From an uncultured Gammaproteobacteria bacterium (GTDB lineage Bacteria; Pseudomonadota; Gammaproteobacteria; Steroidobacterales; JBCBZW01): 64,000 bases of DNA. The translations under genes and the position numbers were made by a program. Below are positions 19,048-28,091 of this stretch, piece after piece; positions within the stretch are counted from its first letter, which is position 1, and the number at the start of each line of letters is the position of its first letter. The stretch lies in assembly GCA_965369325.1 (NCBI GenBank), contig CBDUQI010000003.1, positions 3,639-67,638 on the forward strand. The letters are read 5' to 3'. The notes under the pieces were generated by a model. That model searched no databases. It saw only the letters and a list, made by a program, of their open reading frames with translations, and was not told where the DNA came from.

Positions 19048-19236
19048 ATGCACAAGAGAAATGTCGTTTTGGCGCTGGTCGCGGTTTTGTGTTTAGGGTC
19101 GGCCAGTAATGCGCTAGCCGTAGGCGAACCGCTCGATCCACTTGATCCGAGGTATACCGTGCAACGTGATGCCGGTGATCAGACCGGGTTTTTCGGGTCC
19201 TGGCGGGTTTTGATGTACTTTTTTACCGGGTTCTAG
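19048..19236 (+). CDS. small secreted protein/peptide (62 aa precursor, predicted 38-aa mature part)
   Basis: A strong SD (GGGAGAGG) lies 6 nt before the ATG. The signal peptide is MHKRNVVLALVAVLCLGSASNALA|VG. The mature part ends in an aromatic-rich tail, FFGSWRVLMYFFTGF. Codon usage is atypical (AGA, TTA, CTA, AGG). Confidence 0.45.
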   Translation: MHKRNVVLALVAVLCLGSASNALAVGEPLDPLDPRYTVQRDAGDQTGFFGSWRVLMYFFTGF

Positions 19237-19269
19237 AAGGCGACGAGTCTGATCCTGGATTGCCATCGG

Positions 19270-19293
19270 CTGGCCTCATATTCGCGAGGCCAG
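19270..19293. terminator. hairpin between convergent genes (possible bidirectional terminator)
   Basis: CTGGCCTC-atattcgc-GAGGCCAG forms an 8-bp perfect stem. It has only a weak T tract. Confidence 0.3.
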
Positions 19294-19382
19294 TTGATGG
19301 GAGCGCAATGATGGGATTCGGGACTATGGGCCCGTCTGCCAAACGCGCTGGACGGTGGCCGCATCATCAATGCGGCTGCCGT

Positions 19383-22300
19383 TTAACCGCTTGCCCGGCG
19401 CGGTTGATAGTACGGGTGCCCCGGAGCGTGCAGTTCGCTGGTTAGCGAGTCGGGCGGCTGGGCTAACGCTGAGAGCCGTCGCTCATCCGGGAATAGGGGC
19501 ACGGAGATCTCGATGCGTGTGCCCATGTTCGGCTCAGAGTAAATATTAAACGTACCGCCGATGAGCGAGATCCGCTCGCGGCTGCTGAACAGCCCAAAGC
19601 CGTGCTCGTTGTCCGGGCTGTGCACTTCGGTCGGTGCGAAACCCAAGCCTTTGTCCGCAACGCTTATCATCAAGTGCTGCGTGGTTTCTGACAGCGTGAC
19701 GCTTACCTCATCCACACCAGCGTGTTTGGTGACGTTGTGCAAAAGCTCTCGGATGGTGCGATAGAGCACTACCCTTAGCTGAGGGCTCAAGATACGCTCG
19801 CTGCCTTCATCCAGAATGTTGCAGGTAAGCCCGTATTGTTCCTGCATTCGCTCACCCAGCCAGCCCAACGCGGGCGCCAGCCCCAGGTCATAGAGCATGG
19901 GCGGGCTGAGCTCCAAGGTGATTGATCGAGTGGCGGCGATGGCCTCGTTCAGCAGATCCTGCAATTCATTAAGCGACTTGTGATTAGGGTCGCGAATTTT
20001 CGGGCGTAATGTCTCCAGCCGCATCTTGCACACCGCTAGCAGCTGGGCAACGCCATCGTGCAGATCTTCTGCCGTGCTACGCCGCGCCCTTTCCTCTGCG
20101 TGCGATAACTCAAATGCCATTGCACGGAGTTTTTTCTGGTACACCAGCAAATTACGCTGGTTGCGCTCGCGCTGCGCAATTTGCCGGTGTAACTCGCTCA
20201 CCTTAAACCGCTGGATCAACGCGCTGATCGCAAGTAGCAGCCCAATGGCGTAAATGGCGTAGGCCCACCAGGAGCGGAACCAAGGTGGCACAATGCGTAG
20301 GGAGAACACCGCGGGGGGTGTTTCGTGTAGGGCATCGCTGCGTGCCCGCACCTGAAACTGATAGTATCCTTCGGTTAACAATGGGTACTCACGCATCGTC
20401 TCAGTGGACCAGCCAGACCAGCGTTGATCCAGGCCCAGCATGCGCGTTTGATATTGCACCTTGTCCTGTGCAGCGTGGTGCGGTAGGGAGTAGTTAAAGC
20501 GCAATGCGCGTTGAGCAAACGGCAGCCGCAACTGATTGGAATGGGTGGTTTGTGTGCCGCGATGCAGCGTTTGCCCCTCAATAACACTCACGCTGGCGAG
20601 CACCACGTTCGCAGGCAGATTCAGATGATTGTCGAATGCGCGCAGTTCTCGTCTGACCAGGCGACCATCGAGTGTGCCGGCCCACATCGCCCTGTCATCG
20701 GCGACTAGCGCCGAGTAACGAATGCTCTGAACGCGTTGGAGAGGGAAATGTAGCTCGTACGGATTGCCGCGACGATTGAGTGCGGCCACCTGCCCGTCGC
20801 GGTACTGAAACCAGAGGTTTCCGTTGGCATCCACTTGCGGGTGCCCGGCGGCGGTGGTCGGCAGGTTTGCATCAGCTTCGAAACTGTTGTGCGCCGGATG
20901 GAATTCAAACAATCCGTCGGATGATCCAACCACCAGTCGGCCATCCCAGACCGCTGTTTGCAGGTCGGCGCTGACAAGACCCTGCGCCACTCCGTAGGAT
21001 TCAATGACCGGCTTGCTGAGCACCCCGTCAGGAAAACGCAACCGTTGCAATTTGTCCTGCTGATTACTAAACGGGGGTTGGAGCCATACCTCCTCGTTAA
21101 GCAGGGTAATCGCGCGCACCTCAGCGTAAGTCCCGGGAATGCGTGCAGCCCGGTACCAATTGCCGTCTGTGCGACGGTAGATCTGCAGCCCGTTGCGCAG
21201 AGTGCCAACGAACAAAGAGTTGGTCCCGGGTGACCAGGCCAGCGACATAGTGTGCTGGTTATGCAGCTTCTGCAGCTGCCCGTCGGGCATGATGGCAAAC
21301 AACCCCATTTGAGTGGCGGCGATCAGATCGGGCCCCGCGAATTCTAGATCCCAGGCGAACTGGCGAATCGAGGGGTCCGGACGGTGGAAACGCGCGGTGC
21401 TGATCATGCGCTGCCCCTCGGCAGAGACGAACAAGCCCTTGGTCGTGGCGACATACAGCCGGTTGTTATACGAGGCGACATCCAGCAGTCCGCCGTCGAG
21501 CCCGTCATCTATCCCGAAAATCTGTAGCGGCGAGCTGATATCTATGCGTGCGATACCGTAGATTAGTGGCAGCCAGAGCCCTCCCTGAGCATCGATAAAC
21601 CCTCGGTTAGAGACGCCGTTGTCGGGCAAGCCAATCGATTTGTCGAAACGCCGTAGCAACTTGCCGTTGGCATCAACTACCACGGCGCCGCCACTACTGG
21701 TGGACAGCAGCAGGTTGCCGTCGGGCAGACGCATCAGACCTGAGCCATGCTCGCGTTTGGCGAAGACGCTGGCGGGCGTCTCCCAGGCACTGGTACCCTC
21801 CGGCCCCACCTGGTACAGCCCCTGGTGGCGGCTTAACAACAGCAGTTGGCCGTCGTCCCATTCGATCATATCCACCATGCCGGTGGCTGGCAGAAGATCA
21901 GGGGACAGCTCGGAGACATGGTCGCCGTCAATGTAACGCAGGGGATCACCGCTGCGCGCTACAAACAAACGCTTGTTTACCAGAGCGGTGGCGTAAGCGT
22001 AGGCCGGCAGGTTCTCATCGTCCTCGAAAAACCACCAGGACAATTGCTCCTGATTGGCGGCCGGTGGGTCGGGCGTCCAACGAAACAGATATTCGCGGTG
22101 CTGAAAAAACACACCCTCATCGGTGATGACAATCCGCCGGATCTGGCCAAAGTCTCGATGCTCCGGAGGGACTAGGCGGACCAGGCTGTGGAAGACGTGC
22201 TCGCCGGTGTGGTCGGGTGCCAGATAGCCGAATTCCCCCTCCGCACCGACGTATATATTGCCGTTCTCACCAGCCGCGACCGAAAAAACTTTGAGCCCTT

Positions 22301-22577
22301 CCACCGGTATCTGGCGCCAGTTGGTGCCATCAAAGGACTGTATACCGGAGGAATTGGCGATGTAGATAACGCCATCAGGGCCTTGGGATACATCCCAGTT
22401 CTGCGAGTGCCCGTCGTACTCCAGCGGGGTAAATGTGCGCAGCGGGAGACGGCCAAGAATAGAAGGATCGGCATGGGCAAGGCTGCCGAACGCGCAATAC
22501 GCCCAGGCAATTGCGGCGCACAATAGCATCGCAAAGCTGTTCGTCGATCGCGTTGACTGGGGTAGACAAGTGGCCAT
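19383..22577 (-). CDS. sensor histidine kinase with periplasmic two-component-regulator propeller repeats and Y_Y_Y domain (HisKA_3/NarL-class)
   Basis: The roughly 750-aa N-terminal region has repeated beta-propeller blades, then a Y_Y_Y-like block (VQYQTRMLGLDQRWSGW...GYYQFQVRA) and one TM (WWAYAIYAIGLLLAISALI). The H-box is DLHDGVAQLL and a HATPase_c domain follows (DKGLGF, HGFGL). No response regulator is adjacent. Confidence 0.85.
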   Translation of the reverse strand: MATCLPQSTRSTNSFAMLLCAAIAWAYCAFGSLAHADPSILGRLPLRTFTPLEYDGHSQNWDVSQGPDGVIYIANSSGIQSFDGTNWRQIPVEGLKVFSVAAGENGNIYVGAEGEFGYLAPDHTGEHVFHSLVRLVPPEHRDFGQIRRIVITDEGVFFQHREYLFRWTPDPPAANQEQLSWWFFEDDENLPAYAYATALVNKRLFVARSGDPLRYIDGDHVSELSPDLLPATGMVDMIEWDDGQLLLLSRHQGLYQVGPEGTSAWETPASVFAKREHGSGLMRLPDGNLLLSTSSGGAVVVDANGKLLRRFDKSIGLPDNGVSNRGFIDAQGGLWLPLIYGIARIDISSPLQIFGIDDGLDGGLLDVASYNNRLYVATTKGLFVSAEGQRMISTARFHRPDPSIRQFAWDLEFAGPDLIAATQMGLFAIMPDGQLQKLHNQHTMSLAWSPGTNSLFVGTLRNGLQIYRRTDGNWYRAARIPGTYAEVRAITLLNEEVWLQPPFSNQQDKLQRLRFPDGVLSKPVIESYGVAQGLVSADLQTAVWDGRLVVGSSDGLFEFHPAHNSFEADANLPTTAAGHPQVDANGNLWFQYRDGQVAALNRRGNPYELHFPLQRVQSIRYSALVADDRAMWAGTLDGRLVRRELRAFDNHLNLPANVVLASVSVIEGQTLHRGTQTTHSNQLRLPFAQRALRFNYSLPHHAAQDKVQYQTRMLGLDQRWSGWSTETMREYPLLTEGYYQFQVRARSDALHETPPAVFSLRIVPPWFRSWWAYAIYAIGLLLAISALIQRFKVSELHRQIAQRERNQRNLLVYQKKLRAMAFELSHAEERARRSTAEDLHDGVAQLLAVCKMRLETLRPKIRDPNHKSLNELQDLLNEAIAATRSITLELSPPMLYDLGLAPALGWLGERMQEQYGLTCNILDEGSERILSPQLRVVLYRTIRELLHNVTKHAGVDEVSVTLSETTQHLMISVADKGLGFAPTEVHSPDNEHGFGLFSSRERISLIGGTFNIYSEPNMGTRIEISVPLFPDERRLSALAQPPDSLTSELHAPGHPYYQPRRASG

Positions 22578-22651
22578 CTAGTGCCGTCGGGCGGAGTCTT
22601 GCAAGCCGAACTATGCCCTTTCCTGGCAATGCGCGCGCAACCCAACCAGTT

Positions 22652-22668
22652 ATATTTCAAAGAAATAT
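22652..22668. promoter_or_regulatory. 17-bp palindrome ATATTTC-AAA-GAAATAT upstream of the histidine kinase gene
   Basis: A perfect 7-bp inverted repeat in an AT-rich patch, about 75-90 nt upstream of the kinase start at 22577. Confidence 0.3.
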
Positions 22669-22814
22669 TGCTTTTGTTTTGCCATGCTGACTGTTATTGC
22701 GGCCCGCCGCAGTTAGTTGGCGATGCCCCTGTGGCAACAGATTCAGCTCACGTAACGCCCCCAAGCGTGCACGTGAGCGCTAGAGCATAGCGCATGGGGG
22801 ATCAAAGCAGAAGC

Positions 22815-22841
22815 AAAAAAAGCGCCGGCAGAGACCGGCGC
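22815..22841 (-). terminator. rho-independent terminator downstream of the giant surface protein gene
   Basis: The minus strand reads GCGCCGG-tctctg-CCGGCGC followed by TTTTTTT, 66 nt past the stop at 22907. Confidence 0.7.
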
Positions 22842-22871
22842 AAGACCATTGGGCGCTCAGCCCGGGGAGAA

Positions 22872-22898
22872 CCAGCCCGGTTGCCTCAACCGGGCTGG
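22872..22898 (-). terminator. additional strong hairpin immediately after the giant gene
   Basis: CCAGCCCGGTT-gcctc-AACCGGGCTGG is an 11-bp perfect stem. It has no clean U tract. Confidence 0.35.
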
Positions 22899-22906
22899 TC
22901 TGGTTG

Positions 22907-25900
22907 CTATGGCACTGCCAGTTCGAGCTCGGTGGCGCCGTAGTTGGGCACGAACGGCGCCGTGCTGGTGCTGCCGAACGCGGTACCCAGTGAGTCGTAT
23001 AGCACCGCGTCGAAGGCGTCGCCCGAGAGCGGCGTGTAGCCACCATCGATGTCCAGACTCAGGCTGGCCCCACCAAGATCGGCAGCCCCCTGGATTTCCA
23101 GCTGACCGAACTGAGTGGCGCTCAGCACGCCAAGGCTCAGGGTGCCATTGAAGTCCACATCGTTGGCGACGATGATGTCGGCGCTGGGCACGGCGCTGAG
23201 GTCGCCGTTAATCACCACCGTGCTACCGGTGATGACCAGGTCGCTGGAACTGCCATCATTCGCATTGATGTCGCCGTTGACGGTCAACGGCAGTGACGCT
23301 GTACCGATGGTCCCTTTGTCACCACTAATGGTGATGGCAGCGCCCACCGTGAGACTGCCCGCGCTGGGGCGTATCTGCGGCTCGGAGGGGATGTTGCCCG
23401 GATTGTCGAACACGATCTCGCCGTTGCCGCCCAGCGTTTGATTGCCGGCGATGAACACAAACCCGGTGTTGACGCTGGTGCCGTTGATCACAGAGACCGA
23501 GTTGTCGTTCAACGTGAGGTTGTTGCTCACGTCAATCAACGCGCCGTTGTTCAGGCGCAAGCCAGCTCCGGAGGTGACGCCGTCGAAGATGGCGCCCGGG
23601 CTGAATACACGCACTTCCGTCACCAAGGGGTCCACTGAACCGTCGTTGAGGATCACGTTGGCCAGGGTCGGATCGCCTTCCAGTTCGATCGTGCCGCCCG
23701 CACCGTCCAGCGTGACCGCGGCGCCGCCGTTGTCCATGCTGCCGCGCAGACTCAGTCGGGCGTTGTTTTCCGCCCGCAAGGTGCCGGTGGCCTGCCAGCC
23801 AGTGCCGTGGATCTCGATCTCCGTGTTGGCCACGTCGGCCGCGACCGTGCCCTGGATGATGGTCTGCAAGCCAGCCAGTCCTACACTTCCGTAGCCACCG
23901 CGGATCAGTACCGAGGGAGCGATGGTGAGCGAGCCGGCAACCGGTTGGATGCGCGGTTCCGTCGCGATCCCGTTACCCGGGGCATTGAAGATGTAGGTGC
24001 CGCTGCCCGCCAGCGTCTGTGAGCCACCGTCGAACTCAAACCCGCTGGGTGTGCTGGAGGCGTTGATGCTGACCGTGCCATTCAGTGTGAGGCTGTCGGT
24101 GACGGTGACAATGCCGCCGTTGTCGATGGTCATGTCGGCAGTCACCGTAATGCTGTCCATCGAGGCATCGCTGCTGGTCACACGGATGTTGGTGCCGCCG
24201 GTGCCGTTGATGGTGGCATCGTTAATCGAGAATCCGCTACCAAATGTCACGTTGCCAGTCGCACCATCCAGAGCGAAGGACTGGTTAGCGTTGTTCATCG
24301 TGCCGAACAATTCCAGCGTGCCGTTGTTCTCTGCCCGCAGCGTGTTGTTGGCACTCCAGTCAGCACCGCGGATCTCGATGCGGGTGCCACTGACGTCGGC
24401 CGCCACTGTGCCAAGCAGCGTAAGCCCGGCATCGTCGATGCCGACACTGCCGTAGCCGCCGTGAATGAACACGTTCGCGCCGATGGTAAGGTTGCCAGCG
24501 TTGATCGAATGTACCCGCGGTTCGGTGGCGACACCATTGCCTGGTGCGTTGAACAGGATCTCGGCCATGCCGGTGAGGCTCTGAGAGCCACCATCGAACT
24601 CGAACCCGGTGGGTGAGCTGCTGCCATTCACGTTGGCCAGGCCGTTCAGCGTGAGATCATCCACGACCGTCACGATCGCAGCATTGTCCAGCCGCAGATC
24701 GGCGTTGATGATCAGTCCGTCAAACAACGCATTGGAGCTTGGAACGATCAGCGTGGTGCCCGGCGTGCCGTTGAAGGTGATATCGAACAGGCTGATGCCG
24801 CCGCCGAGGGTGACGGTGCCGCCGGCCCCATCGACTGCGACGGCGGAGCCGGCGTTGTCCATGGTGCCGAGAAACTCCAGGCGTCCGCCGTTGGTAGCGG
24901 TGAGGGTGCCGGTCGCACTGAACGGATTGCCCGCGATCTCGATCTCAGTGGCGTTGACATCTGCGCTGACATTGCCGGCGATGCTCAGCGGTAGCGCCGG
25001 ATCACCAATGCGTCCGTAGCCTCCGAAGAAGTCGACGTTGGGTCCAACGGTGAGGTTGCCTCCGTCGGTCGGGCGCACTTGTGGCTCGCTGGTGGCCCCG
25101 TTGCCGGGTGCGTTGAAAAACACATCGGCATCACCGTCGAAGGTCTGATTGCCGCTGACGAACTGCAACCCGGTTGGCGAGCTGGTGCCATCGATGTGCA
25201 CTTCACCGTTGAGCGTCAGCCCGCCGGTCACGGTCACAATGGCGGAGTTGACCATGCGCAGACTGGCGTTGATGTCGACATTGTTAAACGCCGAATCGCT
25301 GGTGGATACCACAATGCTCGAAGCGCTTGTTTGATTGAAGGTGATGTTGTTCAGGCTGGATAGAACTGTCCCGGCGGGTACCACAGTAAAGGTGCCGCCA
25401 GCCGCATCCAGGGCGACCGCACTGCCCATGTTGTCAAACGAGCCGGCCAGCTCCAGGCGTCCGCCATTGCTGGCGCGCAGGGTGCCGGTGACTTTTGAGT
25501 TGGTCCCTGCAATCTGAATCAAGGTGCCATTGACGTCGGCAGAGACCTCGCCTGCGACGGTGGTGACAAGCTCAGGTGAGCCGATGGTGCCGTAGCCGCC
25601 ACGGAAGTCGATGTCCGGGCCGATGCTCAGCGAGCCCATATTAGTCGGGCGCACGCGGGGCTCGGCTACAGCGCCGTTGCCGGGTGCGTCAAACACCACC
25701 AGACCGGTGCCATCGAGCACCTGTGCGCCGCCGTTGAAGTCGAAACCTGTCGGGCTGCTGGTGCCGGCAATGGTGGCCATCCCGTTCAGCGTCAGGTCGC
25801 CGGTGATCGTCACGATGGCGGCGTTATCCATGCGGATATTGGTGTTCAGCAATACGTTGTTAAAGTTGGCGTCGGCGGAGTTCACGGTCAGCGTGGAGCC

Positions 25901-28000
25901 GGTGCCCTGGTCGTCAAAGTTGACGTCATTGATAGTTGGCGTGTTCTCCATTCGCACAATCCCCTCTGCTGCATCCACCAACGCGCTGGCACCACCGTTG
26001 CTCATGGTGTCGCGCAGGGTGATGATGCCGCCGTTCAGCGCCTGCAGGGTGCCGGTCATCGAGTACGGATTGCCGCGCAACTCAATGCGAGCGCCACCGA
26101 AATCTGCCGAGACGGTCGCGGCAATATCAGTGACCAGCGTAGCGTCGCCAATGGTGCCGTAGCCGCCGCGGATGGTGATACCGGATGCGATGGTCAGGGC
26201 GCCGCCATTGATCGGGCGCACCTGGGGCTCGTTGGCGGCGCCATTGCCAGGCGCGTTGAAGAACACATCGCCAACGCCTGCCAGTGTCTGGCTGCCACCA
26301 TCAAACTGCAGTCCGGAGGGTGAGCTGCTGGCCTGGATTTCGACCGTCTCGTTGACGAACAGATCGCCAGTCACCGTCACGATGCCGTCATTCTGAATCA
26401 CCACATCGGCATTCAGGGTGATGCTGTCGAAGGCAGCGTCTACAGAAGTCACGGTAACTGTGCCCGCGCTGTTGATCGACTGCACGTTGGCGCCGGTCAG
26501 GCTACCGCCTGCAATCACCAGTGAATCGTTCAGCAGCAGGTTGCCGGCACTGGCAGCCACGCCTGAGCCAATGGTCACTGTCACATCTGGTGCCAGATCG
26601 ATAATGGCAGCAGCCGGGAATACGGGGACCACATTGGGTGCCCAACTGGTGTTGTCGTTCCAGTTACCGCCTGCGCCGTTGATCCATGTGATAGTGCCTG
26701 GGGGGCCAGGGGGCAGGAAGAAGAAATCTTTCATGAGCTGCAGATCGATGAAGTTAACCGTGCCATCGCCGTTAAAGTCCGCGTCCGGGTCACCTGAGAA
26801 GAACACCGCCTTGAGGATGGCCAGATCTTCGAAGTTGGTAACGCCGTCGCCATTCAGGTCAGGGTCACAGAAGTTGCCGATGCCATCGCCGTCGGTATCG
26901 CGCTGGTTGGGGTTTTCCACGCCGACGCAGTTGTCGATGGGATCAGCAATGCCATCCGCATCAAAGTCCTGTTCGCCGAGTTCCGGGAACATCTCCATCA
27001 CATCCTCTGCCTGCAGCGGTGGATGCTCCGGCTGCGGCTGGATCTCAACCACGATGGTTGCGGGGGCGCTGTCTAGGGTGCCGTCGTTGACCATCAGTTG
27101 CGCCAGATACACGCCGGGCACGGTAGTGGAGAATTGCGGGTTGGGTGTGTTGGCCGCCTGCAACTGCGCGTCGTGGTCGACCGGGCCGTGCAGCAGCGTC
27201 CACTGGAAGGCAAGCAGATCGCCGTTGGCGTCGAGTGACTGTGTGCCATCCAGTTCGACAGCATCCCCTACCAGGCCGCGCACGCGGTAACCGGACTCAG
27301 CGATCGGTGCAAGGTTGCCGGTGCTGACAATCACCTTATCGACCTCACTGGCGCCGTTGCCATCCGTGACGGTCAGGCTCATCGTGTAGTCGCCCGCCAG
27401 ATCGACGTTCAGCGCAGGGGTGGGGGAAGCGGGCTGAAACAAGCGTGCCTGGCTGCCGTCCGGCGCGCTCTGCAGGCGCCATGTATAGACGAGTGTGTCG
27501 CCATCCGGGTCGCCAGAGCGGGTGCCGTCCACAAGTGCAACGTCGCCGATCCGCGCCAGTACATCGGCGCCGGCGTTAGCCACCGGGCGGCTGTTGCTGG
27601 TATTGATGAGCACCTCATCGTAGGACTGATTGCCATCACGGTCGGTGACGGTGAGTTGGGCCACGTACTGGCCGGCCAGATCTACCTCAAAGCTGCCGTA
27701 CAGGCTGTGCGCGTCACGCACTTGCACCTGACTGCCTTCGGGGGCGCTGATGATCTCCCAGCGCAGTGCCAGGGGCATGGCTTGCCTGTGTGCGGAGCGA
27801 CTCGCATCCAGTCGCACAACCTCACCAATGGCCACAGTGCGGTCGGTACCGGCGTGGGCGTAGGGTGTGACCGGCGCCTCTAGGGCCAGTTCAACATCCG
27901 TCGCCGCCGCGTTGGCCGCGGTTGCGATTATCAGCATGCCCGCAGCACGCAGAGCGGCTAGCGCCATGCGGTGATTAGGCGTTCGGGTGAGCGTGTTCAT
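22907..28000 (-). CDS. giant secreted repeat protein: signal peptide, 3 PKD-like Ig repeats, TSP type-3 plus dockerin-like Ca-binding module, 6 x ~190-aa beta-helix-like repeats (putative adhesin)
   Basis: ATG 28000 is preceded by GGGGA and yields the signal peptide MNTLTRTPNHRMALAALRAAGMLIIATAANAAA. PKD-like units include VANAGADV..DGDTLVYTWRL. TSP3: DADGIADPIDNCVGVENPNQRDTDGDGIGNFCD. Dockerin-like pair: DLNGDGVTNFEDLAILKAVFF and DFNGDGTVNFIDLQLMKDFFF. A landmark recurs about every 187-192 residues: RGGYGTIG x2, GGYGRIG, HGGYGSVG, RGGYGSVG, SGDKGTIG. Confidence 0.85.
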   Translation of the reverse strand: MNTLTRTPNHRMALAALRAAGMLIIATAANAAATDVELALEAPVTPYAHAGTDRTVAIGEVVRLDASRSAHRQAMPLALRWEIISAPEGSQVQVRDAHSLYGSFEVDLAGQYVAQLTVTDRDGNQSYDEVLINTSNSRPVANAGADVLARIGDVALVDGTRSGDPDGDTLVYTWRLQSAPDGSQARLFQPASPTPALNVDLAGDYTMSLTVTDGNGASEVDKVIVSTGNLAPIAESGYRVRGLVGDAVELDGTQSLDANGDLLAFQWTLLHGPVDHDAQLQAANTPNPQFSTTVPGVYLAQLMVNDGTLDSAPATIVVEIQPQPEHPPLQAEDVMEMFPELGEQDFDADGIADPIDNCVGVENPNQRDTDGDGIGNFCDPDLNGDGVTNFEDLAILKAVFFSGDPDADFNGDGTVNFIDLQLMKDFFFLPPGPPGTITWINGAGGNWNDNTSWAPNVVPVFPAAAIIDLAPDVTVTIGSGVAASAGNLLLNDSLVIAGGSLTGANVQSINSAGTVTVTSVDAAFDSITLNADVVIQNDGIVTVTGDLFVNETVEIQASSSPSGLQFDGGSQTLAGVGDVFFNAPGNGAANEPQVRPINGGALTIASGITIRGGYGTIGDATLVTDIAATVSADFGGARIELRGNPYSMTGTLQALNGGIITLRDTMSNGGASALVDAAEGIVRMENTPTINDVNFDDQGTGSTLTVNSADANFNNVLLNTNIRMDNAAIVTITGDLTLNGMATIAGTSSPTGFDFNGGAQVLDGTGLVVFDAPGNGAVAEPRVRPTNMGSLSIGPDIDFRGGYGTIGSPELVTTVAGEVSADVNGTLIQIAGTNSKVTGTLRASNGGRLELAGSFDNMGSAVALDAAGGTFTVVPAGTVLSSLNNITFNQTSASSIVVSTSDSAFNNVDINASLRMVNSAIVTVTGGLTLNGEVHIDGTSSPTGLQFVSGNQTFDGDADVFFNAPGNGATSEPQVRPTDGGNLTVGPNVDFFGGYGRIGDPALPLSIAGNVSADVNATEIEIAGNPFSATGTLTATNGGRLEFLGTMDNAGSAVAVDGAGGTVTLGGGISLFDITFNGTPGTTLIVPSSNALFDGLIINADLRLDNAAIVTVVDDLTLNGLANVNGSSSPTGFEFDGGSQSLTGMAEILFNAPGNGVATEPRVHSINAGNLTIGANVFIHGGYGSVGIDDAGLTLLGTVAADVSGTRIEIRGADWSANNTLRAENNGTLELFGTMNNANQSFALDGATGNVTFGSGFSINDATINGTGGTNIRVTSSDASMDSITVTADMTIDNGGIVTVTDSLTLNGTVSINASSTPSGFEFDGGSQTLAGSGTYIFNAPGNGIATEPRIQPVAGSLTIAPSVLIRGGYGSVGLAGLQTIIQGTVAADVANTEIEIHGTGWQATGTLRAENNARLSLRGSMDNGGAAVTLDGAGGTIELEGDPTLANVILNDGSVDPLVTEVRVFSPGAIFDGVTSGAGLRLNNGALIDVSNNLTLNDNSVSVINGTSVNTGFVFIAGNQTLGGNGEIVFDNPGNIPSEPQIRPSAGSLTVGAAITISGDKGTIGTASLPLTVNGDINANDGSSSDLVITGSTVVINGDLSAVPSADIIVANDVDFNGTLSLGVLSATQFGQLEIQGAADLGGASLSLDIDGGYTPLSGDAFDAVLYDSLGTAFGSTSTAPFVPNYGATELELAVP
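23130..26450 (-). repeat. six diverged tandem intragenic repeats of about 570 bp (about 190 aa each)
   Basis: Periodicity was read from the translation. Each unit contains IVTVTG-LTLNG, SSPTGF-FDGG-Q, FNAPGNG--EP-VRP and GGYG-IG. Boundaries are approximate. Confidence 0.75.
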
Positions 28001-28091
28001 GGAGTCCCCCAAGTGGTTATTACATAAGCATCCAGGGCCAGCGGGTCGCGGTGGGTGCGGCCCCAATGGCGTTGTCTGACTTAGTAAGGCG

